Of a stretch of 64,000 nucleotides of DNA, positions 38,437-52,700 are shown in pieces. Each line of letters begins with the position of its first letter. The stretch's first letter is position 1. Origin of the DNA: Anaeramoeba ignava BMAN (lineage: Eukaryota > Protista > Anaeramoebae). Where the stretch lies: NCBI GenBank assembly GCA_028826165.1, contig JAPDFW010000027.1, positions 1 through 64,000 of the forward strand. The letters are read 5' to 3'. A program made the position numbers and the translations under genes. A model generated the notes under the pieces. That model made no database searches. It was not told where the DNA came from and worked only from the letters and a program-made list of their open reading frames with translations.

Positions 38437-40026
38437 ATGCAAATTTTTTCAGTTAAATTCCCAAATCAAAACCCTCTTCCAAGAAGTTGCGCAAAAACAG
38501 TATATGTTGAACCAAATAAAATGTTTCTATTTGGAGGGATTTGTTCAAATCAATCTTTCAATGATTTATATTCACTCGATCTTGATACATTTATTTGGGA
38601 AAAAATCAATTATCCATCAACAAGTCAGCCTCAAAAACGAAGCGGACATTCTTTAATTTTATATAAAAATCAATTGATTATATTTGGAGGAATTTCTGGA
38701 AGAAATTTTTGCAATGAAAATTTGATTATTCGTGATTTGCAGAATATCAGTTTTGAGCCATTAGGCAAAATATCTTCTTATGGGCTTATATTTTCAACAC
38801 TTGTGGAATTTGAGGGGAAATTATGGATCTTTGGTGGAGATGTTTCTCATAGATTTACAAATAATTTAATTGTTTATGATATAGATGCTGATAAGGTTCT
38901 TGATATCCAAATCAACGGAAAAATTCCAACTCCAAGATCTCGTCATTCAGCGAATATTTGGAAGCAAAAAATGTGGATTTTTGGAGGGCAACAAAATTAC
39001 TTATCCGGTCCTGAATTGAATGATATGCATTCTTTTGATTTCAAAACATTCACATGGGAAGAAATCATACAAAAAGGCGATATTCCAAGTGCTCGAAGGT
39101 CTCATTTCACTTATTGCAATGGGGATTATATGTTTTTGTTTGCAGGATGCGATAAATCAAGGAAAGATTTTAACGACTTTTATGAATTTAGTTTTGCTAC
39201 ACAAACTTGGTCGAAAATCCCTTTATTCCCAACTTCAATCCCATTCCTTTTCAAAGAATCACCTTTTGAAAAGCAACTAAAATTGGAAAAAGCCAAAAGG
39301 GTTTCGGAAAATGACTCAAATTTCCCTCATGGAAGAACTGCTTGTATCGGACAAATTTATCAAGATTATTTGTTTGTGGGTTATGGCGAATATTTCGATC
39401 AAGATTGGGTTGAGTTCGATGATTTTTTCGCAATACAAATCCAAAGCCAATTAAGCAAAAACATGCTTAATTTTTTCAATTACCAAGAATTTGTTGATGT
39501 TGAATTAGGTCCAAAAAATTCACCTTTCAAATTTGGTGCTCATAGTCTCATTCTCCAATCAAGATTAGGCGAAAAAGCATCGGAATTCATAAATTTATGC
39601 AGTCAAATCAAAAACTATACAATCAACGAGGATGATGTCTACAGATTTTTACTCACTTTATATTCCGGTTTGCATGAATATGATTGCAAAAATGTTTGCG
39701 ATATTTTGCACATTCTCAAATTCAATCCTCTTGAAAAAGATTTCGAAAATCTTCTATCCGATCGTAAATCATCCGATTTCCAAATTTTAACTGAGAAAAA
39801 AACCTTTTATGTTCATAAAACCATTATGTCAGCTCGTAGTCTTTTGTATCGAGGAATGTTTCTTTCTGTTAATGATACAAGCAATTCAGTCCATGATTTG
39901 TCAGGAAAAAGTGATTCTGCTATTGAAGCAGTTTTGAGATATATTTATACTGGAAATTTTGGGAAAATATCAAAAAAATTACAAGAGGAACTTTATGATT
40001 GTTTTGAATATTATGGATTAGATTGA
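38437..40026 (+). CDS. Kelch-repeat plus C-terminal BTB protein (LZTR1-like architecture)
   Basis: Kelch repeats (FLFGG, RSGHS..IIFGG, RSRHSA..WIFGG) followed by FGAHSLILQSR and FYVHKTIMSARSLLYRGMF. Confidence 0.9.
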   Translation: MQIFSVKFPNQNPLPRSCAKTVYVEPNKMFLFGGICSNQSFNDLYSLDLDTFIWEKINYPSTSQPQKRSGHSLILYKNQLIIFGGISGRNFCNENLIIRDLQNISFEPLGKISSYGLIFSTLVEFEGKLWIFGGDVSHRFTNNLIVYDIDADKVLDIQINGKIPTPRSRHSANIWKQKMWIFGGQQNYLSGPELNDMHSFDFKTFTWEEIIQKGDIPSARRSHFTYCNGDYMFLFAGCDKSRKDFNDFYEFSFATQTWSKIPLFPTSIPFLFKESPFEKQLKLEKAKRVSENDSNFPHGRTACIGQIYQDYLFVGYGEYFDQDWVEFDDFFAIQIQSQLSKNMLNFFNYQEFVDVELGPKNSPFKFGAHSLILQSRLGEKASEFINLCSQIKNYTINEDDVYRFLLTLYSGLHEYDCKNVCDILHILKFNPLEKDFENLLSDRKSSDFQILTEKKTFYVHKTIMSARSLLYRGMFLSVNDTSNSVHDLSGKSDSAIEAVLRYIYTGNFGKISKKLQEELYDCFEYYGLD

Positions 40027-40135
40027 TTTGATTTTTTTGGAATAAAAAAAAATTTTATTTTTTCATTTTAATTTTTTCATTTTTTTCATTTTAATTTTTT
40101 CATTTTTTTCAATTTAATTTTTTCATTTTTTTTCA

Positions 40136-40679
40136 ATGATTGAAAATAATTCACAAAAACCTTCAGATTCTGTTAATATAAAAACAAAAATTTTTGAAGC
40201 AATCCTTCTTTGGATTCTAACAATATTAGTTTTCACAAAAGGAGAACTTTGGCTTACATTAACAAGCGAAGAAGAAAATGTTTCTTCTTTTTGGTTTTAT
40301 ATGTCTTTGCTTTGCTTTATTTTCTTTTTCGGAAGCTTTTTTTATCTTGTTTTTTATATTCCTTTGTTTAAGAAGAAAAAAGTTGATTGGTCTTATGAAA
40401 TTATATCAACAAAACATGGAAAAATTTTAAAAATTTCAACCGCATCAACTGTTTTATTTATTCCTTTGTAAAAACAAATCCAAAGCAAAAAAAAATTGAT
40501 TTAAATTATCAATTTTCTTATTAAACTTTTTTTTCCTAATTTTATTGTTTTATTTTTTAATTTTATTTTTTAGTTTTATTTTTGCCATTTGGCCTGTTTA
40601 TCGATTGTCATCAATTCCAATTACAATTCTTTTATGGAGCACTTTTCTTTTTACAGTTTCATTTATTCCGGTTCATTAA
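40136..40679 (+). CDS. TMEM128-like small membrane protein; exons 40136-40467, 40574-40679
   Basis: Four hydrophobic segments with the YLVFYIP..DW and AIWPVY pattern typical of TMEM128; in-phase splice. Confidence 0.65.
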
Positions 40680-40879
40680 ATTTTTTCTTTTTTTTTTGTG
40701 TTCTTTCTTTTTGAGATTAAAATCTCTTCTAAATTTTGGACAGAATTATTTTCTTTCTTTCTTTAATTTTTTTTTTCAAACAAACAAACAGAAACAAAAC
40801 ATTTTTCGAATTTCATTTATTTTATTCCAAAAAATATTTTAAATAAAATTATCAGAAAAATTAATAATAATGATAATAA

Positions 40880-41841
40880 TCAAAATTTTTTCTTTTGAGG
40901 GAAATGATAAACTGTTATGACTATATCAGTATCTTTAAAAATATCTTTAATAATTGAGCTAACTGTATTCCAATTTAAACGATCTAATCCACTTGCTAAA
41001 AATTAAAATTAAAATTAAAATTAAAATTTAAAATTAAAATTAAAAATTAAAATTAAAATTAAATTACCAATTTTTGGAATAGATAATCTTGTAACAGAAT
41101 TTTTGATTAAAAAGTCTTTCATTTTTTCAAGTGAAGAAGAAAGAGTTTCATAAGTTGGTTTATGAAAATATCTTTGTTTTGTTACTAAAGCTCTATAAAA
41201 TAAAAATAAAAATAAAAATAAAAAGAAAAAGAAAAAGAAAAAGAAAAAGAAAAAGAAAAAGAAAAAGAAGAATTAGGGAAAAATTTTTTTTTAAAAATAA
41301 AAGAAAAATTACATGATAAATCGATCATCTTGTTTTAAATGACAAAAATCTCCAACTTGTGGATTTTGTAATCTCATTTCTTCAATTCCTCCAAATTTCT
41401 TTTTAAAAATGGTAGCAATTCCTTTTGATAGTGCTTTAATATTTAAATAAAATAATTGATTATTTTCTTGTCAATAAGTTTGGAAATGATATAAAAAATT
41501 ATAAAACAAACAAAGATCTGCAGAAACACAATGAGCAAGAGATTCAGTTGATGTAAATAAATCTCCAGTAATTTCTATAAATTCAAATTTTGTTTTAGGA
41601 GAATCTTTGTTTTCATTTGATTTCTGTCTTTTTTCATCTTTTTCTTCTCTTTCTTTTTCTTTTCTTTTTATTTCTTGTTTTTTTTGTTTTTTTAATTTTT
41701 GATTGTTTTTTTTTTCTTGTTTTTTCTTTAATCTTTTTTCTTGTTTTTCTTCTTGAATTGCTTCTCTTTTTCTTTAAAAAGTTAAATATAATTTATAATT
41801 TGAAATTTATTATTTAAAATTCATTACTTTTTTTCACTCAT
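40880..41841 (-). CDS. OARD1: TARG1/OARD1-type macrodomain ADP-ribose glycohydrolase with a Lys/Glu-rich N-terminal extension; exons 41841-41828, 41771-41512, 41433-41313, 41192-41068, 40995-40880
   Basis: Spliced translation gives [50 protein letters not shown] and [14 protein letters not shown]; all junctions are GT-AG and in phase. Confidence 0.9.
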
Positions 41842-42008
41842 TTCTTTTTTGTTTTTATTTTTTTTAAAATGGAAAAAAAAAATGAAAAATTAAAAAAATT
41901 TTTTTCATTTTTTTTTTCATTTATTTTTGCTTTTTTTTTACTTTTTTGGTTAATTGATTTAAATATAAAAAAATAATAACAACAATAATAATAATAATAA
42001 TAATATAA

Positions 42009-44426
42009 ATGGATGAATTTGAAGAAGTTGTTGGTGTTTGGTTAACACCAGAAAAAAAACGGGATCAAACTTATCTTAGATATCATCATGGGTCAAAGGA
42101 ATTACATGGATGTGCAGCAGTTTTTGATCAAAATTCAATACCCACAGAAATTGAATTCTTTTATCATAATTGGAGAATTGGTAATAAATGAAAAAAATTA
42201 AATTAAATTAAATTAAATTAAAAAAAATAAATTGGAAAAATTAAATTGGAAAAATTAAATAAAATTAAATTGAAAAAATTTAAATTAAATTAAATTTTTT
42301 CTCATTAGCAAGTTTTGGATCTTTTCAAGGCCATTTAATCCCAAAAGAGGTAATTTGAATTTCAAAAATATAAATATAAAAAAAATTTTTTTGCTTTTTT
42401 TGAAATTTAAATTTTGCTTTTCATCTTTAAAAGGATCCAAAACAAAGATTAATTCGATTACAAGGATTTCTTAAAAAAGAAGGTGGAAGACATAAATCAG
42501 TTAAAAAAAGATGGTTTGAATTAGATGATTTTAAATTAACTTATTCAAAAAACCAAAATTCACCATCAATTGATGAAATTAAATTACGTTCTGTAATTAT
42601 TTTTAAAAGAAAAAGAAAAAGAAAAAGAAAAATGAAAAGAAATGTTTGATTGTTTATAATTTCTATTCAAAATTTTCCAGGTTTTTTCTTTATCAAAACA
42701 ACACGACAAAAATCAAATTAATCTTCACACTACAAATCGAATATATGTAATTCAACCTGAAAGCCATTCTGGATTTCAAACATGGTATAATGCAATTCAC
42801 AAAATTAATGAATTGAGAAAATTAGTAGATCAAAATTTACCGATCGCAAAAGTAATTTTTTTGTTTTGATTTTGATTTTAATTTTAATTTTGATTTTAAT
42901 TTTATTTTGATTTTAATTTTAATTTTGATTTTAATTTTAATTTTGATTTTAATTTTAATTTTAATTTTAATTTTAATTTTAATTTTGATTTTAATTTTAA
43001 TTTTGATTTTAATTTTAATTTTAATTTTAATTTTGATTTTAATTTTAATTTTAATTTTGATTTTAATTTTAATTTTAATTTTAATTTTGATTTTAATTTT
43101 AATTTTAATTTTGATTATAATTTTAATTTTGTAAAAAATTTCCAAAAATAAAAGTGTTTTTTAGATCAAACAATTCAACCTGTTGACCAATTAATGATTG
43201 ACAAAATTCAAAAAGGAAATCTGAATAAAAAGAATGTCCATCATTTCAAGAATATCAATGGAGAAGGATTATTTCTTCATTTCTTAAAACTAAACTCCCA
43301 AGATTTGCTTCTTGAGTTGTTGAAATTAGACTATAATTTCAAAGTAACAAATGAACTTTCAAAGATTAATGAAGAGCAACATAAACAATATTTCAAAGAA
43401 TGGGACAATAAGGAATTAATTTTGCATTTTTTGGATGTTTTGAATTCATTGAATTTTTCGATTAGTTTTGAGATCTTAGAATATTGGTATTCGTCTCTTG
43501 TGATAAAAAACCAAAACACAGAAAATCAAGAACATGACAAAATTGAAACCAGTGATAATTTTTCTCAAGAATTCATTTCAAAGGATATTCGAATTTCTAA
43601 ATTTGATGAAGCTTCAAGATTATTAAAAGAAAAAATCAAATTAACAGAAATTTTCCACAAACGAGAAAAGCAACTGGATTTGAATGAAACGGTTTATTTA
43701 TCCGAATTGACGAATATCATGAACCATTTGAGCAAGCATCAGATGATATTGGCTTCGCTCCAAAAAACATTTGATCAAAATAGGGAAACAATTGAATCTC
43801 TTGAAAAAGAAATCAATGGAGATGATGAATCTGAACAAGTTGATGAACCACAAGATTCTCAGAATGAAAAAATTGAAGAACTTGAGAATTATAAAAAAAT
43901 CATTTCCAATTTGAAGGATGATTTGAACTCAAAAACTAAAATGATTCAAGATTACCAAAAACAAGGAGATTCTCCAAAATTTCCAAGATCCAATATTTCA
44001 AAAGCTCCACAAAATCAACTTCAAGAAATAGAGAATGAAATCAATGAGAATAAGAAGTCATTTAATAAATTGAAAGAAGAAAACAAAAACGAAACCAATC
44101 AAAAAAGTCAAGAAATGGATAAATTGAAGCAAGAACTTGAATCTAAAGAAATGTTAATTGAAAGTGAAAGGAAAAAAATTGTTAAATTAAAGGAATTAAA
44201 GGACAGAGCAATTGCAGATATTGCAAGAGAAAAATCTAAAATAAAAGCAATTACTGTTTCAAATCAAAAAATTCTTGAAAAGAATCAAAAGAAAAAAGAA
44301 GATTTAGCTGCAAGATTACAGAAATTAAAACTTGAAATGCAAACTGAAAAAAATAGGAATAAAAGAATTAATGAACAAATTGAAAAAACAAAAAAACAAA
44401 TTGAGGAATCATCAAAAAAGGTTTGA
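42009..44426 (+). CDS. PH-domain protein with long C-terminal coiled coil; exons 42009-42180, 42309-42349, 42434-42592, 42681-42851, 43155-44426
   Basis: PH signature LQGFLKKEGGRHKSVKKRWFEL..LTY..RIYVI..WYNAI; heptad-rich E/K tail. Confidence 0.8.
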
Positions 44427-44591
44427 AAAAACAACAAAAAGAAAACAACAAGAAAAACAACAAGAAGAAAAAAACAAGAAAACAAGAAAAAGAAAAAAAC
44501 AACAAGAAAACAAGAAAACAAGAAAATGATTTTTTATGCAAATCTTGTCGTTTTTTGTGTTTATTTTTTTTATAATTTTTGAAGAAAAATA

Positions 44592-45190
44592 ATTCAAAAT
44601 TCAAAAATCAAAATTTAAAATCAAAATTCAAAATTCAAAATTTAAAATCAAAATTCAAAATGAAAATCAAAATTCAAAATTTAAAATTTAAAATTTAAAA
44701 TTTAAAATTCAAAATCAAAATTCAAAATTTAAAATTCAAAATTCAAAATTTAAAATTCAAAATTAAAATTCAAAATTTAAAATTTAAAATTTAAAATCAA
44801 AATTTAAAATGAAAATCAAAATTCAAAATTTGAAATTTAAAATTCAAAATTTAAAATTCAAAATTTAAAATTGAAATTTAAAATTCAAAATTTAAAATTC
44901 AAAATTCAAAATTGAAATTTAAAATTCAAAATTTAAAATTCAAACTGAAAATTTATAACTTAAAATCAAAATTTAAAATTCAAACTGAAAATCAAAATTC
45001 AAAATTCAAAATTCAAAATTTAAAATTCAAAATTCAAATTAAAAATTCAAAATTGAAAATCAAAATTTAAAATTTAAAAAATCAAAATTCAAAATTCAAA
45101 ATTCCAAATTTAAAATTCAAATTAAAAATTCAAAATTCAAAATTTAAAATTTAAAATTTAAAAAACAAAATTCAAAATTTAAAATTTAAA
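44592..45190 (+). repeat. Intergenic heptamer satellite (AAAATTC/AAAATTT)n
   Basis: Direct repeats. Confidence 0.9.
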
Positions 45191-45245
45191 AAATAAAAAT
45201 AAAATTTTTTTCATTTTCATTTTTTTTCTTTTTCATTTTTTCTTC

Positions 45246-48200
45246 ATGATGTGGAATTATTTCTTAATTATTGTTTGGTTAATAATTCTTCATTCATTAG
45301 GTTTACATCTTTTTATTGGAGGTTTTTTATTATCTAGATCTGAAATTCCAAATAAAAGTGAATGTGGAAATTTACCAAAACATTTAATTGATAAAAAAGA
45401 AATAAAAACTTTAATAAATGATAAAAAATATGGACTTCAAAAAGGATGTTGGTTTCCTCAAAAATTTGATAAAGCTATATTTTTTATAATTGATGCTCTT
45501 CGATTTGATATGATTTTCTCTCCAAAAACAAATTCAGATGATTTTGAAATTAAATCACCTTTTCAATATGAACCTCTTCAAGTTGTTTCTCAACTTAGAG
45601 AAGAAAAACCTTTGAATTCTTTACTATTTAAATTTATTGCAGATCCACCAACAACAACAATGCAAAGACTAATGGTGAAATTTAAAATTAAAATTAAAAT
45701 TAAAATTAAAATTAAAATTAAAATTAATTAAAATTAAAATTAAAATTCATTTATAATATTAAAATTAAAATTAAAATTAATATTAAAATTAAAATTAAAA
45801 TTAAAATTAAAATTAAAATTAAAATTAAAATTAAAATTAAAATTAAAATTAATATTAAAATTAAAATTAAAATTAAAATTAAAATTAAAATTAAAATTCA
45901 TTTATAATATTAAAATCAAAATTAAAATTAAAATTAAAATCAAAATTAAAATTAAAATTAATATTAAAATTAAAATTAATATTAAAATTATTATTAAAAT
46001 TAATATCAAAATTAATATTAAAATTAAAATTAAAATTAAAAATTAAAATTAAAATTAAAATTAAAATTAAAATTAAAATTAAAAATTAAAATTAAAATTA
46101 AAATCTAAAATTAAAATTAAAATTAAAATTAAAATTAAAATTAAAATTAAAATTAAAATTAATATTAAAATTAATATTAAAATTAATATTAAAATTAAAA
46201 TTAATATTAAAATTAAAATTAAAATTAATATCAAAATTAATATTAAAATTAAAATTAAAATTAAAATTAAAATTAAAATTCATTTATAATATTAAAATCA
46301 AAATTAAAATTAAAATTAAAATCAAAATTAATATTAAAATTAAAATTAATATTAAAATTAATATTAAAATTTAAATTAAAATTAAAATCAAAATTCATTT
46401 ATAAAATTATATCTATAAATATAGGGATTAACTGCTGGAGGAATTCCAACATTTTTTGATATGAGAGAAAATTTTCAATCAGATGAAATTTCAGATGATA
46501 ATATCATTTCACAACTTCAAAAAAACAACAAAAGAATTACATTTATGGGAGATGATACATGGGCAAGATTATTTCCAAATTCATTTACAAAATCATTTCC
46601 TTTTGATTCGTTTAATTCGAAGGATCTATACACAGTAGATAATGGGATAAAAAGTCATTTATTTGAAGAAATAAAAATGGGTGATTTCACACTTTTAATT
46701 GCACATTTTCTTGGAGTTGATCATGCAGCACATACATTCACATGCCATTCACAAAGTATGATCAAAAAACTCGAAGAATTTAATCAAGCAATCAAGGATG
46801 TAATTAAAATCATGGATGATTCAACATTGTTGTTTATTTTTGGAGATCATGGAATTACAATCCATGGTGATCATGGCGGTGGTTCTTCAGAGGAAGTTGA
46901 ATCAGGCTTATTTATTTATTCAAAAAAACAATTACTTTTGGAAAAGCAAGTTTTCAATGATGGAATGCAACCAAAAGCAATTCCTCAAATTGATTTTGTT
47001 CCGACATTTTCATTGTTAATGGGATTACCTATTCCATATGGGAATTTGGGGAAATTAATACCAGAATTATTCCAAATTTTCTCTGTTTCCGATTCAGAAG
47101 AATCTAACAAATTATTTACAAATATATTTCTTGAAAATGGATTGCAAATAAATGCAGAACAAGTATTGGAATATATTTTGGATTATGTGGATTTTACAAA
47201 GGCTCAAAGCTTCCCTTCTTATAAAATTCAGGAATTAATGAATCATTATAACGATATTTTTGAATTGCATCATAAAGGCAGGTTGAAACTAAATCAAAAT
47301 GGAGATATTTTATCAAAGCAACCATCAGATTACACAGATGAAGATAAAGAAATTATTGAAGAAATGAGTAATTTATTCCAAGATATAAATCAAAAATGGT
47401 TGAGTTTACTGGAAAAAACATTTGAAATGTGCCGTATTTTGTGGACAGTTTTTGACGTAAATAAAATGATATCAGGGATTTCAATCATGTTTTTAAGCGC
47501 ATTTGTCATGCTTTTTCAATGGATATTTTCTTTGGAAATTTCCGTCAAGAAAATTTATTCAATAATCGCATTTTCACTTTTGATTTCAGGATTAATTTAT
47601 ATATCACCAACACAAAATTTGTCAGCAGATAAATCAACATTATTATATCCAATCTTTAATTTGGTGGATAAAATGTCGTTTATGTACATGATAATTGCTT
47701 TGCCGTCTGTGATATACTATTTTAAACAAGTTTATCATCATTTAAAACAAAATCAAAATCAAAATCAAAATCAAAATCAAAAGAAAAAGAAAAAATCTTC
47801 GAAATTTAAATTCTTTGTGTATTTCACTCCTTTTTTGATTTCAATATTCTTCTCTTCTTCGTTAATATCGAACAGCTTTATTCTCAAAGAAGGAAATGTT
47901 ATAATCTATTTGATATCTTCTTTATTGGTATTTGTTTTGATGATCATATTTCATGATAACCCAGAAAATTTGACTATGAACAAAATTCTCAAGACAATTC
48001 TCATCATTGCATGTTTGAAATACACATCAATTTTCACAGAAGAACGAGAATTTTACGATAAAAAAAGTGATATCCAAGAAAAAATTCGGAAATTTATGAT
48101 GGATATTCCGTTAGTGATAATTTTAGCGATTTTTCTCTTAGTTTTTTTTCTTGTGATAAGGATACTAAAGAAACTGAAAACATGGAAAAAGGAAACGAAA

Positions 48201-49274
48201 AAATATCTCTCTTTGTTTGGTTCAGCTCCATTAGTTCTTATTTGTATTTATTGGTTTGTTGCAGGAACTCCTATTGAAGAAATTTTGGGAAGCTCTTTGA
48301 TTAATATTTTTCCAAAAAGTATTTACATTTTAACACTAATTGGAATAATTGGTTTTGTTGCATTTCCAATAGTCCACAATTCAGAAGAAAAAGAAAACAA
48401 AAAATTTATGGATCTTTTAGAATCTCTTGAAAAAGAAAAAAATAATGAAAATAATGAAAATAATCAAAATAATCAAAATCCAGATTCAAAAAAATCAACT
48501 TTAAAATATGACGAAATCATTTCTAAAATTCATCCAGTCTCCTTAATGACTTCCATTTCTTCAACCTTTTTGTTGATGTTTTTGAGCTTTTCAATTATTA
48601 TAACGTTGATTGTTGGGAAATATTTTGTTGCTCATATTTTATGCATTTTTTTGATCACAATATCGCTTGTTGACATTACTAGATCGAAAATGAAATCATT
48701 AATTAACTTTGAAGCCAATCCACTTGCGAAGGGTGTTGAAAATTTCATTGTTCTCATTGTGTACTTGCTAATCAGACACTTCTTTTTTTCTTCAAGCCAC
48801 AATATGACAGTCACTTCAATTAAATTTCAAGTTGCCTTTATTGGATTCGATGATTTTAATTTTTATGTATCGGGTTTGCTTGTTGTTTTGGACACATTTT
48901 GCTCAGCATTTTTGTTTGTTCCACTTTTCCCTGTTTTGTTTGCAATCCCACAACAAATTCAAATCAGGATTTCGAATATGAAAAATGATTTTGTCAAAGA
49001 ATTGATTCAAATTGGCAAAAAATTCGATTTTATTTGTTCTAAATTAAAACGTCCTTTTATGTTCTTGATGCTTTTGTTTACTTTGAATATTGCGTTATAT
49101 TCAATGTTTCTTGCTATTCATAGACGTCATTTAATGCTCTGGGCAATTTTCGCACCAAGATTTCTTTTTGATTCATTACTAGTCTTTATCATAGATTCTT
49201 TGGTTTTGGTGGTTTTAATTATTTTGATTCGAATTAGAAAACGAACAATTAACTTCCAATTAACTTCTAATTAA
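45246..49274 (+). CDS. PIGO: GPI ethanolamine phosphate transferase 3 (PIG-O/Gpi13); exons 45246-45674, 46425-49274
   Basis: IDALRFD, ADPPTTTMQRLM|GLTAG, MGDDTW, HFLGVDH, GDHG and HRRHLMLWAIFAPRF; the 750-nt intron is filled with (AAAATT)n. Confidence 0.93.
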
Positions 49275-49756
49275 CAAATTAGTTTACTTTTTAAACCAAA
49301 ATTTTAATAGAAAAGTGGAATTAAAAAGAAAATCTTCTTTTTCTTTTTCTTTTTCTTTTTCTTTTTCTTTGCTTTTTTTTTTTTTTTGATCAATAAAAAT
49401 AAAAAGAAAATTTTTTTAAAAAGAAAATTCCATTTTTTTAAATTAAAGAAAAGCTTATTTAAATTGAAATTTGTTTTAAAAATTAAAATTAAAATAAAAA
49501 AATAAATATAAATAAGTTTTGAATAGTTTAATTTTGAAAGCAAAAAAAGAAAAAATAATTTAATAAAAAAAACATTTTTTAATTATTTTTTGCTTTTTAT
49601 TTTAATAATAAAAAAAAAATATTTAAATTTTGGAACACAGAAACAAAAAGAAATAAATATTTCCTTTTCATTTTTTTCTTTTCTTTCTTTCTTTCTTTCT
49701 TTTTTTATTTTTTTATTTTTTTTTTTTATTTTTTTTCAAACACAATAACATAAAAA

Positions 49757-52700
49757 ATGAGTCAAGACTTTATTAAAAACCAACAAAATTCCATTTGGAA
49801 ACAACAAGAAAACGGAAACGGAAATGGAAATGGAAATGGAAAAGAAAATGAAATAAAACAACAAGAAAAAAATGTTTCGTTAAAAACAACCCCAAAAAAA
49901 CAATTGAATTCAATTAAATTAGAATCAATAGAAAATGATTCTAATCCCATTAATAAAAGAACCAATAACGAATCAAAAGCAAATTCAAATTTAAAAACAA
50001 AAGCAAATCCACCTCCTTTACAATTTCAATTTTCTGCAAGAAATGATAATGTGGATATTTCTTATACCCAAAAAAACAACAACAATAAAATTATATATAA
50101 AATTATATATAAAATTATTTATAAAATTATATATAAAACAACAACAATAAAATTATATATAAAATTATATATAAAATTATTTATAAAATTATATATAAAA
50201 TTATTTATTAAATTATTTATAAAATTATTTATAAAATTATTTATTAAATTATTTATTAAATTATTTATAAAATTATTTATAAAATTATTTATAAAATTAT
50301 TTATAAAATTATATATAAAATTATATATAAAATTATTTATTAAATTATTTATAAAATTATTTATAAAATTATTTATAAAATTAAATATAAAATTAAATAT
50401 AAAATTATTTATAAAATTGTTTATAAAATTATATATTAAATTATTTATAAAATTATTTATTAAATTATTTATAAAATATATTAAATTAAATATAAAAATT
50501 TATAAAATTATTTATAAAATTATTTATAAAATTATTTATAAAATTATATTTATAAAATTATTTATAAAATTATTTATTAAATTATTTATAAAATTATTTA
50601 TAAAATTAATTATAAAATTATTTATTAAATTATTTATAAAATTAATTATAAAATTATTTATAAAATTATTTATAAAATTATTTATAAAATTAAATATTAA
50701 ATTATTTATTAAATTATTTATTAAATTATTTATAAAATTATTTATAAAATTAATTATAAAATTAATTATAAAATTATTTATTAAATTAAATATAAAAATT
50801 ATTTATAAAATTATATATAAAATTAAATATAAAATTATTTATTAAATTTATTTATTAAATTATTTATTAAATTATTTATTAAATTATTTAAATTATTTAT
50901 TAATTTTTATATAAAATTATATATAAAATTATTTTATTAAAAAATTATATAAAATTATTTATAAAATTATTTATAAAATTATTTATAAAATTATTTATTA
51001 AATTATTTATTAAATTATATATAAAAATTATATATTAAATTATTTATAAAATTATATATAAAATTATTTATTAAATTATATATAAAATTATTTATTAAAA
51101 TTATATATAAAAATTAAATATTAAATTATTTATAAAATTATATATAAAATTATTTATAAAATTATTTATAAAATTAATTATTAAATTATATATTAAATTA
51201 TTTATAAAATTATTTTATAAAATTATATATAAAATTATATATAAAATTATATATAAAAAATTATATATAAAATTATTTATTTAAATTATTTATAAAAAAA
51301 TTATAAAATTAATTTATAAAATTAAATATAAAATTATTTATTTATAAAATTATATATAAAAATTATTTATAAAATTATTATTAAATTATATATAAAATTA
51401 TATATAAAATTAATTATTAAATTATTTATAAAATTAATTATAAAATTATTTATAAAATTAAATATAAAAATTATTTATAAAATTATTATTTATAAAATTA
51501 AATATAAAATTAAATTATAAAATTATTTATAAAATTATATATAAAATTAAATATAAAATTATTTATAAAATTATTTATTAAATTATATATAAATTATTTA
51601 TATAAAATTATATAAAATTATTTATAAAATTAAATATAAAATTATTTTATAAAATTATTTATAAAATTATTATATAAAAATTATATATAAAATTTATATA
51701 AAATTAATATAAAATTATTTATATAAAATTATTTATAAAATTATATATTAAATTATATATATAAATTATTTATAAAATTATATATTAAATTATTTATAAA
51801 ATTATATATATAAAAATTATATATAAAAATTATTTATAAAATTATTTATTAATTTTTATAAAATTATATATTAAATTATATATAAAATTATATATAAAAT
51901 TATATATAAAATTATATATAAAATTATATATATTAAATTATTTATATAAAATTATTTATAAAATTAAATATAAAATTAATTATTAAATTATTTATAAAAT
52001 TATTTATAAAATTATTTATAAAATTATTTATAAAAATTATTTATTAATTATTTATAAAATTAAATATAAAATTAAATATAAAATTAAATATAAAATTATA
52101 TATAAAAATTAAATATAAAAATTAAATATAAAATTTCATATATAAAATTATTTATAAAATTATATATTAAATTATTTATAAAATTATATATATTAAATTA
52201 TATATAAAATTATTTTATAAAATTATTTATAAAATTATTTATAAAATTATTTATTAAATTATTTATTAAATTATTTATTAAATTAAATATAAAATTATTT
52301 ATAAAATTATTTATAAAATTATATTTATAAAATTATTTATAAAATTATTTATTAAATTATTTATTAAATTATTTATTAAATTATTTATTAAATTATTTAT
52401 AAAAATTATTTATTAAATTATTTATTAAATTATTTATAAAATTATTTATAAAATTATATATAAAATTATTTATAAAATTATTTATAAAATTATTTATAAA
52501 ATTATTTATAAAATTATATATAAAATTATATATAAAATTATATATAAAATTATATATAAAATTATATATAAAATTATATATAAAATTATTTATAAAATTA
52601 TTTATTAAATTATTTATAAAATTATATATAAAATTATATATTAAATTATTTATAAAATTATTTATAAAATTATTTATAAATTTATTTATAAAATTATTTA

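Noticed and set aside
50085-50845. KLFIKLFI tail of ORF 49757-50845 (and ORF 6220-6405)
   Set aside because: Read-through into an intronic 12-mer satellite.
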